DNA from: an uncultured bacterium
GTDB lineage: Bacteria; CSSED10-310; CAZUFC01
Assembly: GCA_964619725.1 (NCBI GenBank)
Contig: CAZUFC010000062.1
Coordinates: 1-49,036 of the forward strand
Length of the DNA: 49,036 bases
Reading direction: 5' to 3'
In this document: one piece after another, positions 30,100 through 40,102 of the stretch
Numbering within the stretch: the stretch's first letter is position 1
Layout: each line of letters starts with the position of its first letter
Notes under the pieces: model-generated
Told to the model about the DNA's origin: nothing
Databases searched by the model: none
Seen by the model: the letters and a program-made list of their open reading frames with translations, nothing else
Made by a program: the position numbers and the translations under genes

Positions 30100-30291
30100 T
30101 GATGGAGAACAGACGGCTTTCGATGAAAAAACAGCGGTGAGTATGTCAAGCAGACAGTTTTGGGTCAGAGTCGGTTTTTTATGGTGATTTTAATCAATCA
30201 AATATTTTATTAAAAAATCATCACGGTTTAATGAGTCCGGAAAATATTGAAATTGCTGCACCCATCTTTTTTTAAAGACTTATCAATTTGA

Positions 30292-32418
30292 TTAACCGGA
30301 ATCTTCCGGTTTGAAAGCTGCTTCGATATTTGGATCGGTTACGGAAAAATTTTTCCCCTGGTACTGATAGCTGTGGGGTTCAAAGGTTGTTTTTATACCG
30401 TAATTCTTTTCGACGTATTTCAAGTACCGGCGGCAATTAGCTTTAAAATCTCCTCTTGATGTTTGATTGCGCAGGTCGCTTAGTCCGGGGTAGTTGAGGG
30501 ATATTTTTAGTTTGTTGCGCAGTCTTGCCGCCGGGCCGGCGGGGCCTTGTATGGATGTTATGCCTTCGCAGGAGAATATTTTTACGGTTTTTCCCTTTAT
30601 TTTGCCGCTTGAGAGCGACAGAAAGTCGTCCGGCATGGGGATGTACGGCTGCCAGGTCTGGAAATTATCGGAGTATCTTCTTTCTCCGGGGACTTCCGTT
30701 ATGCCGGTTTCGGCCAGGATGCGCGACGGCGCTCTGATGAGGCCGAACATACGCCTTCCTACTGAATGGAGATAGCCTTTTCTTTTATCAGGAGCCGGAT
30801 GTTTAATCTCGTGCCATATGCGCCATAACCTTTTGGTATAGAAATCACCCTTGTAGAATTTGTGTTTCCTGGTTCCCTTGGCCGCGTTCCATCCGAAATC
30901 ACGCATGCTGAAGTAAGCCAGGAAACGCCCCAGCAGAGTGTCAGAGGGCAGCATTTTAGAGGGTATTCTGATGATGCCGCCTTCATTCATGCTTTTCAGA
31001 TGCGGAGCGACATATTCATTAAAATCACGGAATCCCGGCAGGAAAGGAACGATAATGCGTTCACGGGTTTCCGCAGCCCAGGATTTTACTGAACTCGGCA
31101 TCTCTTGCCGGACGATCAATGCATCGATTGCGGACAGAATTTCCTGTTCGCTTTCACCGATTTCCCGGGATACTCCGGCGTTTCGTCTCAGTTCCGCCGC
31201 CTGCAGGACAGAATCGAGAGCAGCCCTGAGAACCAGGGGTTCCCGTTCGTTTCGGAGTATTCGTATCAGGAGATTCAGTATTTGTTTTTCCGATATATTC
31301 CTGAATTCGTTTTTCAGTATTTTTTCGACTATATTCGCTGATTCCAGCGCTGCTTTGGCCCTCACTTTGACGTTATTTTCAAAGGCAGTTCCGGCATCAG
31401 CCGTTTTTTCCAAAAGGGAAAGAGCCTGTTGAAGGTCGAATTTTGCGGCTGCTTTCATGCATGTCTGTCTGACCAGGTCGCTGGGGTCCGTTTCAGCCGT
31501 TTTTACGATCAATGCTGATGAACGATCCTTCTGACTGCATTCCATCAGGATTTCCAGAATGTCGTTCCTCAGGAACATATCGTCCGGACCGGCGTTCCTG
31601 GCGGCGTTTAGCAGGATATCTTCCGCATTCGAAAGAGCCCTGTCAATGTCTATAACGAAAAGGACTTTAAAGGCCGCCGCCCGCACCCATACGTTTTCGG
31701 CATCGTCCAGGGTCAGTTGTTTGATTAAATCCACGCTATCTGCAGTTAACAAGGAGAGTCCGTGTGATTTCGCCGCCGAATCTGCAATGACGAAAAAGCC
31801 CTGCAGGACGGCCAGCCTGTTCTGGAGCCGTTCCGTGAGAGCGAAATGATTTCTTAAAGTGTTTTCCAGGTCGATTTTATCGAGGAATGACTTACCTTCG
31901 GCGCTCTTTTGCACGTTCCGTATCAGAAGAGCGGCGGCTCCCCCTGCCAGAACAACCAGGAGTTCAATAAAGGCATCACGGCTGAAAAGCGCCTGTTTAC
32001 AGGATTCGGTTACGGTTTCCCAATCCGGCGTTTCCTTGAACTTCAAGCGAAAACGTTTTCCTTTAATCAGGCGCTGCTTCTGTTCGATGAAGTTAGCCGC
32101 TTCATTTTTCAATCTCCGGTCATTTTCGGTCTGAGCATATTTTTCTTTCAGGCTTTCAAATTTCTCAAGCAGTCTTTTCTTTTCGGCATCCTGCTGAGCG
32201 ATAAGCCTGCAGGTTGTTGAGGCTATGAACGCAAACTCATTACCGCTTCTGAATTCGGATTCGATCTTATTCTTTCCAGAAACAACATCCTGTTTCAGGA
32301 TTTTCAGGATGCGGTCAAGTTCTTTTTTGCGGATTATCTTTTGATGCCTTCGGAAGAATTCTTCGACTATTTTGGCGAAGGCTTGTTCGAGTTTATCTTT
32401 TTCAGGCGGAGATTTCAT
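30292..32418 (-). CDS. HEAT/ARM-like alpha-solenoid protein, last gene of the PgsC-containing operon
   Basis: ENVWVRAAAF, DPSDLVRQTCM, NNVKVRAKAAL, EPLVLRAAL HEAT-like motifs; C-terminal RLWRIWHEIKHPAPDKRKG...ETGITEVPGE...WQPYIP block; ATGA overlap with the upstream gene. Confidence 0.75.
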   Translation of the reverse strand: MKSPPEKDKLEQAFAKIVEEFFRRHQKIIRKKELDRILKILKQDVVSGKNKIESEFRSGNEFAFIASTTCRLIAQQDAEKKRLLEKFESLKEKYAQTENDRRLKNEAANFIEQKQRLIKGKRFRLKFKETPDWETVTESCKQALFSRDAFIELLVVLAGGAAALLIRNVQKSAEGKSFLDKIDLENTLRNHFALTERLQNRLAVLQGFFVIADSAAKSHGLSLLTADSVDLIKQLTLDDAENVWVRAAAFKVLFVIDIDRALSNAEDILLNAARNAGPDDMFLRNDILEILMECSQKDRSSALIVKTAETDPSDLVRQTCMKAAAKFDLQQALSLLEKTADAGTAFENNVKVRAKAALESANIVEKILKNEFRNISEKQILNLLIRILRNEREPLVLRAALDSVLQAAELRRNAGVSREIGESEQEILSAIDALIVRQEMPSSVKSWAAETRERIIVPFLPGFRDFNEYVAPHLKSMNEGGIIRIPSKMLPSDTLLGRFLAYFSMRDFGWNAAKGTRKHKFYKGDFYTKRLWRIWHEIKHPAPDKRKGYLHSVGRRMFGLIRAPSRILAETGITEVPGERRYSDNFQTWQPYIPMPDDFLSLSSGKIKGKTVKIFSCEGITSIQGPAGPAARLRNKLKISLNYPGLSDLRNQTSRGDFKANCRRYLKYVEKNYGIKTTFEPHSYQYQGKNFSVTDPNIEAAFKPEDSG

Positions 32419-35400
32419 TTTTCTTTTACTTGTGATGCGAGAATATTTTCGAAAAAGACAGAATAAGGATCATCGTCTCTGAACAGTCTCCCGGCGCTGA
32501 TCCGCCACGATATTCCGAACTGGAAAACGTTTGTTTTTGAGGAAAAATAATACCTGTTCTGAACATCGACTGCCAGGATATTTTTCAATTTAAGCCAGGG
32601 ATACCAGGTCAGCGACAGGGCGGCTCGTTTGGAATCTTTCTGTTTGAATCCGTCGTATTCCGAATAGCGCTGATGCTGATAATGAACGTCGGTGAAAAGA
32701 TTCCTGTATAACGCTCGCATTCCGGTCCTGTAACGGAAGGGCCCCAGTTTGCTCACTCCAGCGCGGGAACTTTGCCGCAATCCGGTCTCAAAATAGAAAT
32801 GAAGGTCGTTGAAGGGCATCCAGAGGAAGTCATGTTCGAGCAGTAATCCCTGTTTGTGAGTGTAGAATAATCTGCTGTAGAGTCTGGGATCGAGCGGTTC
32901 GGTAATTTCTTTCGCTTCTTCGGGCGACAATGAAGAGCGATTAAGGAATATGCCGGCGGTGGGGATCAGTCGAATCGCCGGAGAAGGTTCAAAAGAGCGT
33001 TTCGCCAGAGACTCGAAATAAACCGAGAACTGGTCGTCATCTTCGACTTTCTGCATGTGTCCTTTCAGGAATGCCTGAAAACGCAACCGGTAAAGATCGG
33101 AATTCAATGCGGCTCGATTGTACAAGCGAAACAGAGGCGAATAGTCTTCATTCATATTATAAGCGCCGAATTCGCTTTTGAGAAAGAAGCCTTTCCCCTC
33201 GAATCGTTTCAGGTATCGCGCTTCAATGCCCAATTGGGTCTGCTGATCGTCGCTGATGATGTCGAAGGAGTCCTCGTTCCAGGCCCTGTTGAGGAAGCTC
33301 ATGCCGATTTCCAGCGTTCCGCCTGCCTGATATTTCAACCCGGTATCGGCAGCATTCGGAAGCGCCGCAATGATTGAGGCATCGGATTTCGGAAGCGCTG
33401 CCGGCCTCTTTTCCTCATCCGTTGCCTCTCGCAAGACGTAGCTCTTCTGCCTGGTAATCCGTTTTTCCTCTTTTAATCCATATAATCGAACGCCCAGCGG
33501 AACATCTTCGTTTTCCGAAGTGATGCTGAGTTCATATATCTCTTCATAAGGCAACAGGATCAACGAGTTCCACGAATCGATGAAAGTCAGATTTCCCATA
33601 GCATCGAATCTGGTCCTGACGGGCAGCGAAAATTCCTTTTTGGTAACGTTGGATGTTTTTCTTCCTACAGCCTCAATGGTGAAGTTGTATTGGTGATTCT
33701 GAGGATTATGACCGGACATTTGCAGGTATTTTTCGTAGCTGTTGAAGGAGTCTTCATCGGCGCAGAACGGCATGCTTTCGATACGGAGCATTCCGGGTCC
33801 GAACACGACGGCTTTTATGGGTTTATCTTTTTTCGTAAGATGATACCGGAATTCACGATAGGGATAGAACGGGAACCACTGATCACCGCTTGCCGTCTGT
33901 TTTTCTGATTGAGGAGCGATTTGCCGATCCGTAAAAATGGAAATCCGAAGAGGCGCATCAGAATCTGTTTTATGAAGGAGGAGTTCCAGATCGTATTCTC
34001 CCCTGGAAAAAGGGGGCAGTTCATATTCGAGAAAGGCGCCGGGCGGGATTTCAACGGAAAAGCTTTTCTCATCGTTTACACGAATTTTCAGGACATAGGG
34101 TTGTTCGATATAAGCGACGGGTTCATGCCTGGACAGGGCGCTGAGCAGCAATTTCATGCGGAGGGTATCATCCGCGCCGAGTTTAAATTTAACGGGATTA
34201 TGGGGAAATAGGTAGATTGGTTTTCCATTGCTTGAGGGAATAAGCGCGTCGTCAAGGAGAAATGAAAGATAAATGGAGGGATCGTAGATGGTATTGATGT
34301 TTTCGAAACCTGGTTGAGAGGAGAGTCCGTTGATATGATGCCAGTCTGTCATGCCAATGGCGGCGCTTCTTCCGTCAAGAGCGTGACGGAGGTCCGGAAT
34401 ATTATCGAGTATGCGCTGGTATAGGGTTACTGAGCGAACAGCCCAATAATCCATGGTTTTCTGTTTGACGGTTTCCGCTTTAAAACGGCAGTATTCTGCG
34501 GCATCGAGGAATCGGGGAAGTCCGTCGAACCCCCTGATCTTTGAGGAGAAGACAAAAGAAACCGCCTCCCTGTTTTCGCTCAGTTCACTTAATATTTTGT
34601 AGTACAGGTTATCGCACCAGTCATTTTTGTGTTCATCCGGCAGATCGTCATAAATCGCCAGAATTCGCCTGGCTTCATCGGGTTGATTGAGAGACAGACT
34701 GCAATAAGCAGCGGTCAAAACGCTTTCAGAATATAATGCGTCGTTTGTTTCGAACAGCTCCGGGTTCAACGCCGGCGATTCGTCGGTTATTCTGCCGAAA
34801 CTCAAACGAGCCTGAGCCAGTCGCAGCGACCGCAAGGGACTCGCTTTCAAAGCGACAAAATGTTCTTCTGCCGCGGCATATAGTATGGAGGCGTCAATTC
34901 CACCCAGTAAAGGTTCGTGGTGAGAAGGCGACTGGATCATCGGCAGGACAGCGCCGTCGCCCATGAAAAACCTCATTTTTACCGTATGTGTTCCCGGTCC
35001 GATCGAATAATGAACCGTTTGACGCTCACCGGGTAAAATGCCTTCGATATCTTCATAATAAACTGTTAATGCAGGTTTAGAAACGGCTAAAGGTATTTCA
35101 CGGATGCGGGCCGGCGAATCAGCGGACTGATCGGTTATGATGAGTTTCGTGTATTTGATCAGCTCATTCGTTTCTTTCGGTCTGACGTGAGGTCTGACGT
35201 ATAATTTCAAGTCCGTGGGTCCCTGGAGGATCATTTCAAGGTTGTGCTGTTCATCGATGCTGTAATATTCGTAAGCGCCGGGATCATTTTTTACCCGTAA
35301 CTGAAGCGTCCCCCCGGAACATGATGCCTGATCGTCCGGTATTGAGGCATAGCGCGGATTCATGCTCTTGTAGAACCATTTTTCGTTAAAGCGGGCGGCC

Positions 35401-38400
35401 TGAAATAAAGTCTCTGCCGTAGCATAGGTAGGCGGGGAACTTATAAGTTCTTCAAAATTGAAATTACCTGTGCCGATTCTATCCAGGTCGTTTTTAAGAT
35501 ACAAAGCGCGCCGGACCGGCTCGATCTCTTCTGACGACTGCAGTTTTTCCAAAAGATCGGCGGCAGAATCGACCTTTCCCTGGCGGACCAGACAACAAGC
35601 CTTGTAATATCGCGAAAGATCGAAGAACTCAGAATGCGGCTCAATCGAATCAAGCCTTGCGAAAGCTTCTTTTTCATACCCAAGCCCCCATAAACATCGG
35701 CCCCTCTGATAATCAAAAAAATCGTCATTGGTGTGATCGAGTTTGCTCATCAGATTCAATGCATTTTCGTAACGCTTTGAATCTGTTAAATATGAAACCA
35801 TGTTCCGAATCGTGCGCCTGTCGCATATGCCCTGCTCCAGCAAACTCTGCGAAATTTCATAAAACGCGTCCTCGTTCCCGGAGCCGTATTCAGCTTCAGC
35901 TCTCGCCAGGCTGTGAAATCGATAAGCCAGACAATCCTTATCCCCAGGAGGCGTTATTGATTCTAAAATCTGGAGGGCCCGGTCGTGGAATCCAAGAATT
36001 GAAAAAATGAGTCCCCGGGTTGTTCTGATCAAGAGGGCTTCTGTTGAATCCAAATTGCCGGAGGATAAATGCTCCGTCGCTTTTCGCAACATTTGAACAT
36101 AATCTTCCGTTTGTTCGTTCAGAATCCACGGTTGATTCTTCCCAGGCGACGCTGATTCACGCAACTCCCATATACCGCTGATGAATTTTTCGATTTCATC
36201 AGAATGATCGAAATTAATGACGCTTTCTGCCGTTTTTGATTCAAAGCAATCGAAAAAAGGAAAAACCTCGTTTATTCTTTTAAGTCGATACTGCCCATGA
36301 ATGAAAGCAGTGCAGCCGTTGTTTTCATCGCTCCATATTCTTAACTTCCGGGCACTCTCCGGAATATTCAGCAGGAATCCGGACGATGTTTTAACCGGCG
36401 AATCGCACGGGTCGTTCAGAATATAAACGGCAGAAGGTTCCGCATCATCAAAAGCAAAGTTTATCCTCATTTTTTTAAGTGAATCATCATATTTGCCGGG
36501 TATCGGCAGCCAATGGAGCAGCCCCCGGAAAAGCAGACCGGAATTAAGATCGTTAATCCAATATTCCAGCGCCTCTTCACGATTTGCAGGCAGTTCAATA
36601 TATCGACGGATTTTGCGGAATGCCGGCGCTTCCTCCTGGCCGCCGGCATCTGTTTCAGCTTTAACCGGCAGATTAACGTAAATTCCAGCATCGGGCGAAG
36701 AGGGGGACAATTCGCAACGGAATACCGCAATTGAGTGCGGGAAGGAGGTTTCGATTTCAGCCGAACGGTTCATATCGACTGCGCTCATATCCAGGGGAAA
36801 TATTCTGTAGAGTCTGCCGTCCGTATAAATTTTCAGCTCGGTTTTTTCAGTATTTTCAGCAGAAACAAAAAATGATACGGGGACTGACCTGAAGTTTGAA
36901 GCGGGAATCATACCGGCCGGATCAACAGCATAGTCGACGCCGGGTACGATCCGGCGATAGAGAAATTCCGAGCGATAATTATCTATCAGTTCAGCGGTTT
37001 CGGCATCGTCGTCGTCATCGAAGACTGATTTGCCGAATTCATAAGGGTCTGCCGTCGTCAATGTTTTCAGGCGCGTTTTTCTTCCGGGCGACTCAGCGCT
37101 TGCCCAGTAGGCGTTATTTCGCCAGAATCTCATGTATCCCAGTCCAGCTTCCCTGTCGTAGGGATTTATACGGAGGACTTTACGATAGTAACTCAGCGCT
37201 TCACAGTTCCGTCCGTGCATAAAGCGGCTGTCTTCCAGCAGTCCGGCAAGCATCAGCAATGCCTCCGCATCGCCGGGAAAATGCATGAGGAGTTTTTTCA
37301 GCAAATTTTCAGCGGTCAGAAAAGCCTGTTGATCCATTTCCGATTGCGCCCATTCTTTTATTATGCGTTTGTAGAGGAAGAGGGACGGCGGACCTGTTGC
37401 ATCGATCTGCTCATTGCCGGAAAATAGCGTTTCCAGGTGTTCGGCGGCTTCCTCATAAAAACGATTCGATTCCGGCAAACGACCCGCTTTACGGCTGATG
37501 CGGGCTTCCTGACGCAATATCCACGCCCTGACGGTCTGAATGGTCGACTGGTCAAAATATTCTTTGAACGAATCGAATATATTCCTCACGTTATTAAAAA
37601 AATTCTGTGCGGCAGTGAAATCATCCCCGTATTCTGAAGCGGCGTAACCCTTGAGAATTTCAGCGACGGCAGCATCCCTGACGGTCAGATTCTCAGAATT
37701 CACGGCATCGATTGCAGCCAGAAAACGAGCCCGCTGTTTTTGTATCGGTATATCCTTTTCAGTGGCAAATTCCGGCGTGAATTCCAGTTCAACATTAACG
37801 AGCAATTCATGGTCCGATATAAGGGTGATGACATGTCGACCGGGACCGACCGGCAGGGAACGGGTCCTTTTGCGTCCGATCAGCCTGTCGTTTTCGTTCC
37901 TGAGCATTTCACAACAGTCATCCCTGCCCAGGAGACCTTTCGCAATCCTTTTGAGACTGAATTTCGGATAGCCGTAAAGCGAAACGGAAGAGGCTTCCTG
38001 CGTCAGTTTTTCCGGTATGGTTTCAAAACTTAAGCGTTCGCTAAAACCGCCGTTGACGAGAACGTCGAGGGTATATGACTGATGAATCGTTTCGGGCAGA
38101 TCGTCATAAAGAAGCCGGGTGTTGATGTTGAGGATGCCTGCCCGATCAAGGAAAAAAGTGGCGGTTCGGTTCATTCGACAGTAAGGGTCGTCATCATTTT
38201 GCACATGCGTCGATTCGGTCCCGGCATTCTCTTTTTTGCCGTCAATACTTTCCGGTTTAAGCAGATGTTCTTCCGTCATTCCGGACTTGCTTGTTTTCAG
38301 GAAGGAAAGTTCGGAAAAGTATATGAGTCGTCGATAGGCATCAGCGGCATGCTTCACGTCAGGATCAGTTATCAGGGATATATCGAAGGGAAGATATGAA

Positions 38401-39050
38401 AGTATCTTTTCCTGAAATTGTAGTATGGCCGGATCATGAACTGCCGGCAGGTCAGGAAAAGAAGCAGACTCGTTTTCATCAAACCATTCCCTGGCTTTTT
38501 TTTCGATCAATGGCCAACGATTTTCCCGGTTAAGTGTGACCTCTCGGCTTATCCGAACAGTAATCTCTTCTGATGGATCGCCCTCGAAACTCAGCGCCGC
38601 TTCAGCGTCAAATTCATACGGCGAACGGGCATACCAGGCGCCTGAATGTTCGATAAGAGGCAGAGGAACCAGGGCTCTTGAATAGGATGAAACGTCATCG
38701 CCGGCATCCATGTAAACCAGGTAGGCTTTTACTCGATTTGCCGCATCCGGCGCTATGTCGTTGGATTCCAGAATATCGATCCGCAGAAGAGTTCCTCTTT
38801 CCAGGTTGAAAAAAATGACGTCGGCGTCCGCAAGATCGAATACGCCCTCGCCGGACTGAAGACCGGTTTCTTCGAACGCTGCTTTTACAGGCGCCCATCG
38901 AAACCGGTGAAACTGACTCATGGACGACAACAGGAAAGATGCTTCGTCACCCGTATTGCCGAACGCAGTTGAAAAACATACGACATTGAATAGAATAGAA
39001 ATGCAGAAAAATAAAACGCTGCAGGCACAATGAACGGTGTGTTTATTCAT
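32415..39050 (-). CDS. 2211-aa exported TPR protein with predicted C-terminal outer-membrane beta-barrel
   Basis: Signal peptide; TPR-like helices (about aa 500-650 and 1000-1190); beta-rich domains; last about 290 aa show alternating amphipathic strands (QLGIEARY, LHFYFETGL, AALSLTWY, FQFGISWRI); 8-bp overlap with the upstream gene. Confidence 0.75.
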   Translation of the reverse strand: MNKHTVHCACSVLFFCISILFNVVCFSTAFGNTGDEASFLLSSMSQFHRFRWAPVKAAFEETGLQSGEGVFDLADADVIFFNLERGTLLRIDILESNDIAPDAANRVKAYLVYMDAGDDVSSYSRALVPLPLIEHSGAWYARSPYEFDAEAALSFEGDPSEEITVRISREVTLNRENRWPLIEKKAREWFDENESASFPDLPAVHDPAILQFQEKILSYLPFDISLITDPDVKHAADAYRRLIYFSELSFLKTSKSGMTEEHLLKPESIDGKKENAGTESTHVQNDDDPYCRMNRTATFFLDRAGILNINTRLLYDDLPETIHQSYTLDVLVNGGFSERLSFETIPEKLTQEASSVSLYGYPKFSLKRIAKGLLGRDDCCEMLRNENDRLIGRKRTRSLPVGPGRHVITLISDHELLVNVELEFTPEFATEKDIPIQKQRARFLAAIDAVNSENLTVRDAAVAEILKGYAASEYGDDFTAAQNFFNNVRNIFDSFKEYFDQSTIQTVRAWILRQEARISRKAGRLPESNRFYEEAAEHLETLFSGNEQIDATGPPSLFLYKRIIKEWAQSEMDQQAFLTAENLLKKLLMHFPGDAEALLMLAGLLEDSRFMHGRNCEALSYYRKVLRINPYDREAGLGYMRFWRNNAYWASAESPGRKTRLKTLTTADPYEFGKSVFDDDDDAETAELIDNYRSEFLYRRIVPGVDYAVDPAGMIPASNFRSVPVSFFVSAENTEKTELKIYTDGRLYRIFPLDMSAVDMNRSAEIETSFPHSIAVFRCELSPSSPDAGIYVNLPVKAETDAGGQEEAPAFRKIRRYIELPANREEALEYWINDLNSGLLFRGLLHWLPIPGKYDDSLKKMRINFAFDDAEPSAVYILNDPCDSPVKTSSGFLLNIPESARKLRIWSDENNGCTAFIHGQYRLKRINEVFPFFDCFESKTAESVINFDHSDEIEKFISGIWELRESASPGKNQPWILNEQTEDYVQMLRKATEHLSSGNLDSTEALLIRTTRGLIFSILGFHDRALQILESITPPGDKDCLAYRFHSLARAEAEYGSGNEDAFYEISQSLLEQGICDRRTIRNMVSYLTDSKRYENALNLMSKLDHTNDDFFDYQRGRCLWGLGYEKEAFARLDSIEPHSEFFDLSRYYKACCLVRQGKVDSAADLLEKLQSSEEIEPVRRALYLKNDLDRIGTGNFNFEELISSPPTYATAETLFQAARFNEKWFYKSMNPRYASIPDDQASCSGGTLQLRVKNDPGAYEYYSIDEQHNLEMILQGPTDLKLYVRPHVRPKETNELIKYTKLIITDQSADSPARIREIPLAVSKPALTVYYEDIEGILPGERQTVHYSIGPGTHTVKMRFFMGDGAVLPMIQSPSHHEPLLGGIDASILYAAAEEHFVALKASPLRSLRLAQARLSFGRITDESPALNPELFETNDALYSESVLTAAYCSLSLNQPDEARRILAIYDDLPDEHKNDWCDNLYYKILSELSENREAVSFVFSSKIRGFDGLPRFLDAAEYCRFKAETVKQKTMDYWAVRSVTLYQRILDNIPDLRHALDGRSAAIGMTDWHHINGLSSQPGFENINTIYDPSIYLSFLLDDALIPSSNGKPIYLFPHNPVKFKLGADDTLRMKLLLSALSRHEPVAYIEQPYVLKIRVNDEKSFSVEIPPGAFLEYELPPFSRGEYDLELLLHKTDSDAPLRISIFTDRQIAPQSEKQTASGDQWFPFYPYREFRYHLTKKDKPIKAVVFGPGMLRIESMPFCADEDSFNSYEKYLQMSGHNPQNHQYNFTIEAVGRKTSNVTKKEFSLPVRTRFDAMGNLTFIDSWNSLILLPYEEIYELSITSENEDVPLGVRLYGLKEEKRITRQKSYVLREATDEEKRPAALPKSDASIIAALPNAADTGLKYQAGGTLEIGMSFLNRAWNEDSFDIISDDQQTQLGIEARYLKRFEGKGFFLKSEFGAYNMNEDYSPLFRLYNRAALNSDLYRLRFQAFLKGHMQKVEDDDQFSVYFESLAKRSFEPSPAIRLIPTAGIFLNRSSLSPEEAKEITEPLDPRLYSRLFYTHKQGLLLEHDFLWMPFNDLHFYFETGLRQSSRAGVSKLGPFRYRTGMRALYRNLFTDVHYQHQRYSEYDGFKQKDSKRAALSLTWYPWLKLKNILAVDVQNRYYFSSKTNVFQFGISWRISAGRLFRDDDPYSVFFENILASQVKEK

Positions 39051-40098
39051 AAGTTAATTTATCGATAATATCTGAAAAAAGGTTATAGTGGGCGTCTGAT
39101 TCCATAGTTTTTCGACGAAATTCGTAGGACAGCTCCAGGTGAATGAAATGATGGTCGCTCACGGAATTGACGGCCTGTCCCTGAACGTTCGTCAATGCTC
39201 CTAAGAAATCTATGTTTTTGCCGTAAACAGCAACTCTTTTGGAACCGAAAGCATCAACAAAATAATTTTCGATCCGCTCCAGCAGTTCTTCGTTCTCCGC
39301 TTGCGTCATACCGAAGCTGATGATGACGTCTATTTTTTCAGGGCGATTCCTGGCCGGTCCTTTCTCAAAACCGTGAATTTGAACGAAAACAGATTCTCGA
39401 TAAATTTTCAGGCACTCTTCCGTGATAATCTGAAAGAAAGTATCCCTGTTGTGCGCCATGTCCGCAGGCGAGTCATAGTGATTATGGCTGCGGTTATGCT
39501 CTTCGCCTTCCGTTTCCTGTTCAGCCGCATCCCTGGGCAACGAATTCATGAAAAGTCCCGATAAGTCCAGGTTTTCATAAAGATTTCGGGCAATCCTTCC
39601 CGTATTCATGTCGGTGAAGGCATGAGGAGCCTGAAGGAATATGCGTTTTGCTTCTGAAGGAGACAAAGGAAAAACAAAAACGCCTTTTCCCTCGCTTTCG
39701 GGTGATTTTTCCAGGATAACGGCATGGCGGCGCCTGTTCCGGTCCAGGGCGATGACGACCTGCATGCCCAGGCGATTGAATTTGTCCAGAAGTCCTGGAG
39801 AAGGTTGAGAACCGTTGCGCCGTAATTCATAAAGGAGTCCGCGGACAGCGCTCCGGAAAAGCAGTAATTCCTGTTTCGAGGGTTGAAGGAAAACTTCAGC
39901 TTTGGAATATTCCAGAGCATCTTTCAACGATTTTTGCAGTGACGGCATGTGTTCTTTCCTCTTTTTCGCCCATGAAACGGAAAACAGACCAGCGTCCGGT
40001 ATAATAGAAAAGATACAAAGATAAAAGGCAACTATAAAAGTAATGCGTCCGGTAAGTCTTCGGCGTTTCTTTCCATTAATGTAACAGTTTGCTTTCAT
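39043..40098 (-). CDS. Exported Zn-dependent hydrolase, PghP/gamma-PGA-hydrolase-like
   Basis: N-terminal signal/TM; LQAPH159AFTD163MNTG, VQIH242GF, FIHLE322LSYEFRR mirror APHGGGIE..T, SxHG and QLELS..LR motifs. Confidence 0.65.
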   Translation of the reverse strand: MKANCYINGKKRRRLTGRITFIVAFYLCIFSIIPDAGLFSVSWAKKRKEHMPSLQKSLKDALEYSKAEVFLQPSKQELLLFRSAVRGLLYELRRNGSQPSPGLLDKFNRLGMQVVIALDRNRRRHAVILEKSPESEGKGVFVFPLSPSEAKRIFLQAPHAFTDMNTGRIARNLYENLDLSGLFMNSLPRDAAEQETEGEEHNRSHNHYDSPADMAHNRDTFFQIITEECLKIYRESVFVQIHGFEKGPARNRPEKIDVIISFGMTQAENEELLERIENYFVDAFGSKRVAVYGKNIDFLGALTNVQGQAVNSVSDHHFIHLELSYEFRRKTMESDAHYNLFSDIIDKLTYE

Positions 40099-40102
40099 GG
40101 AA

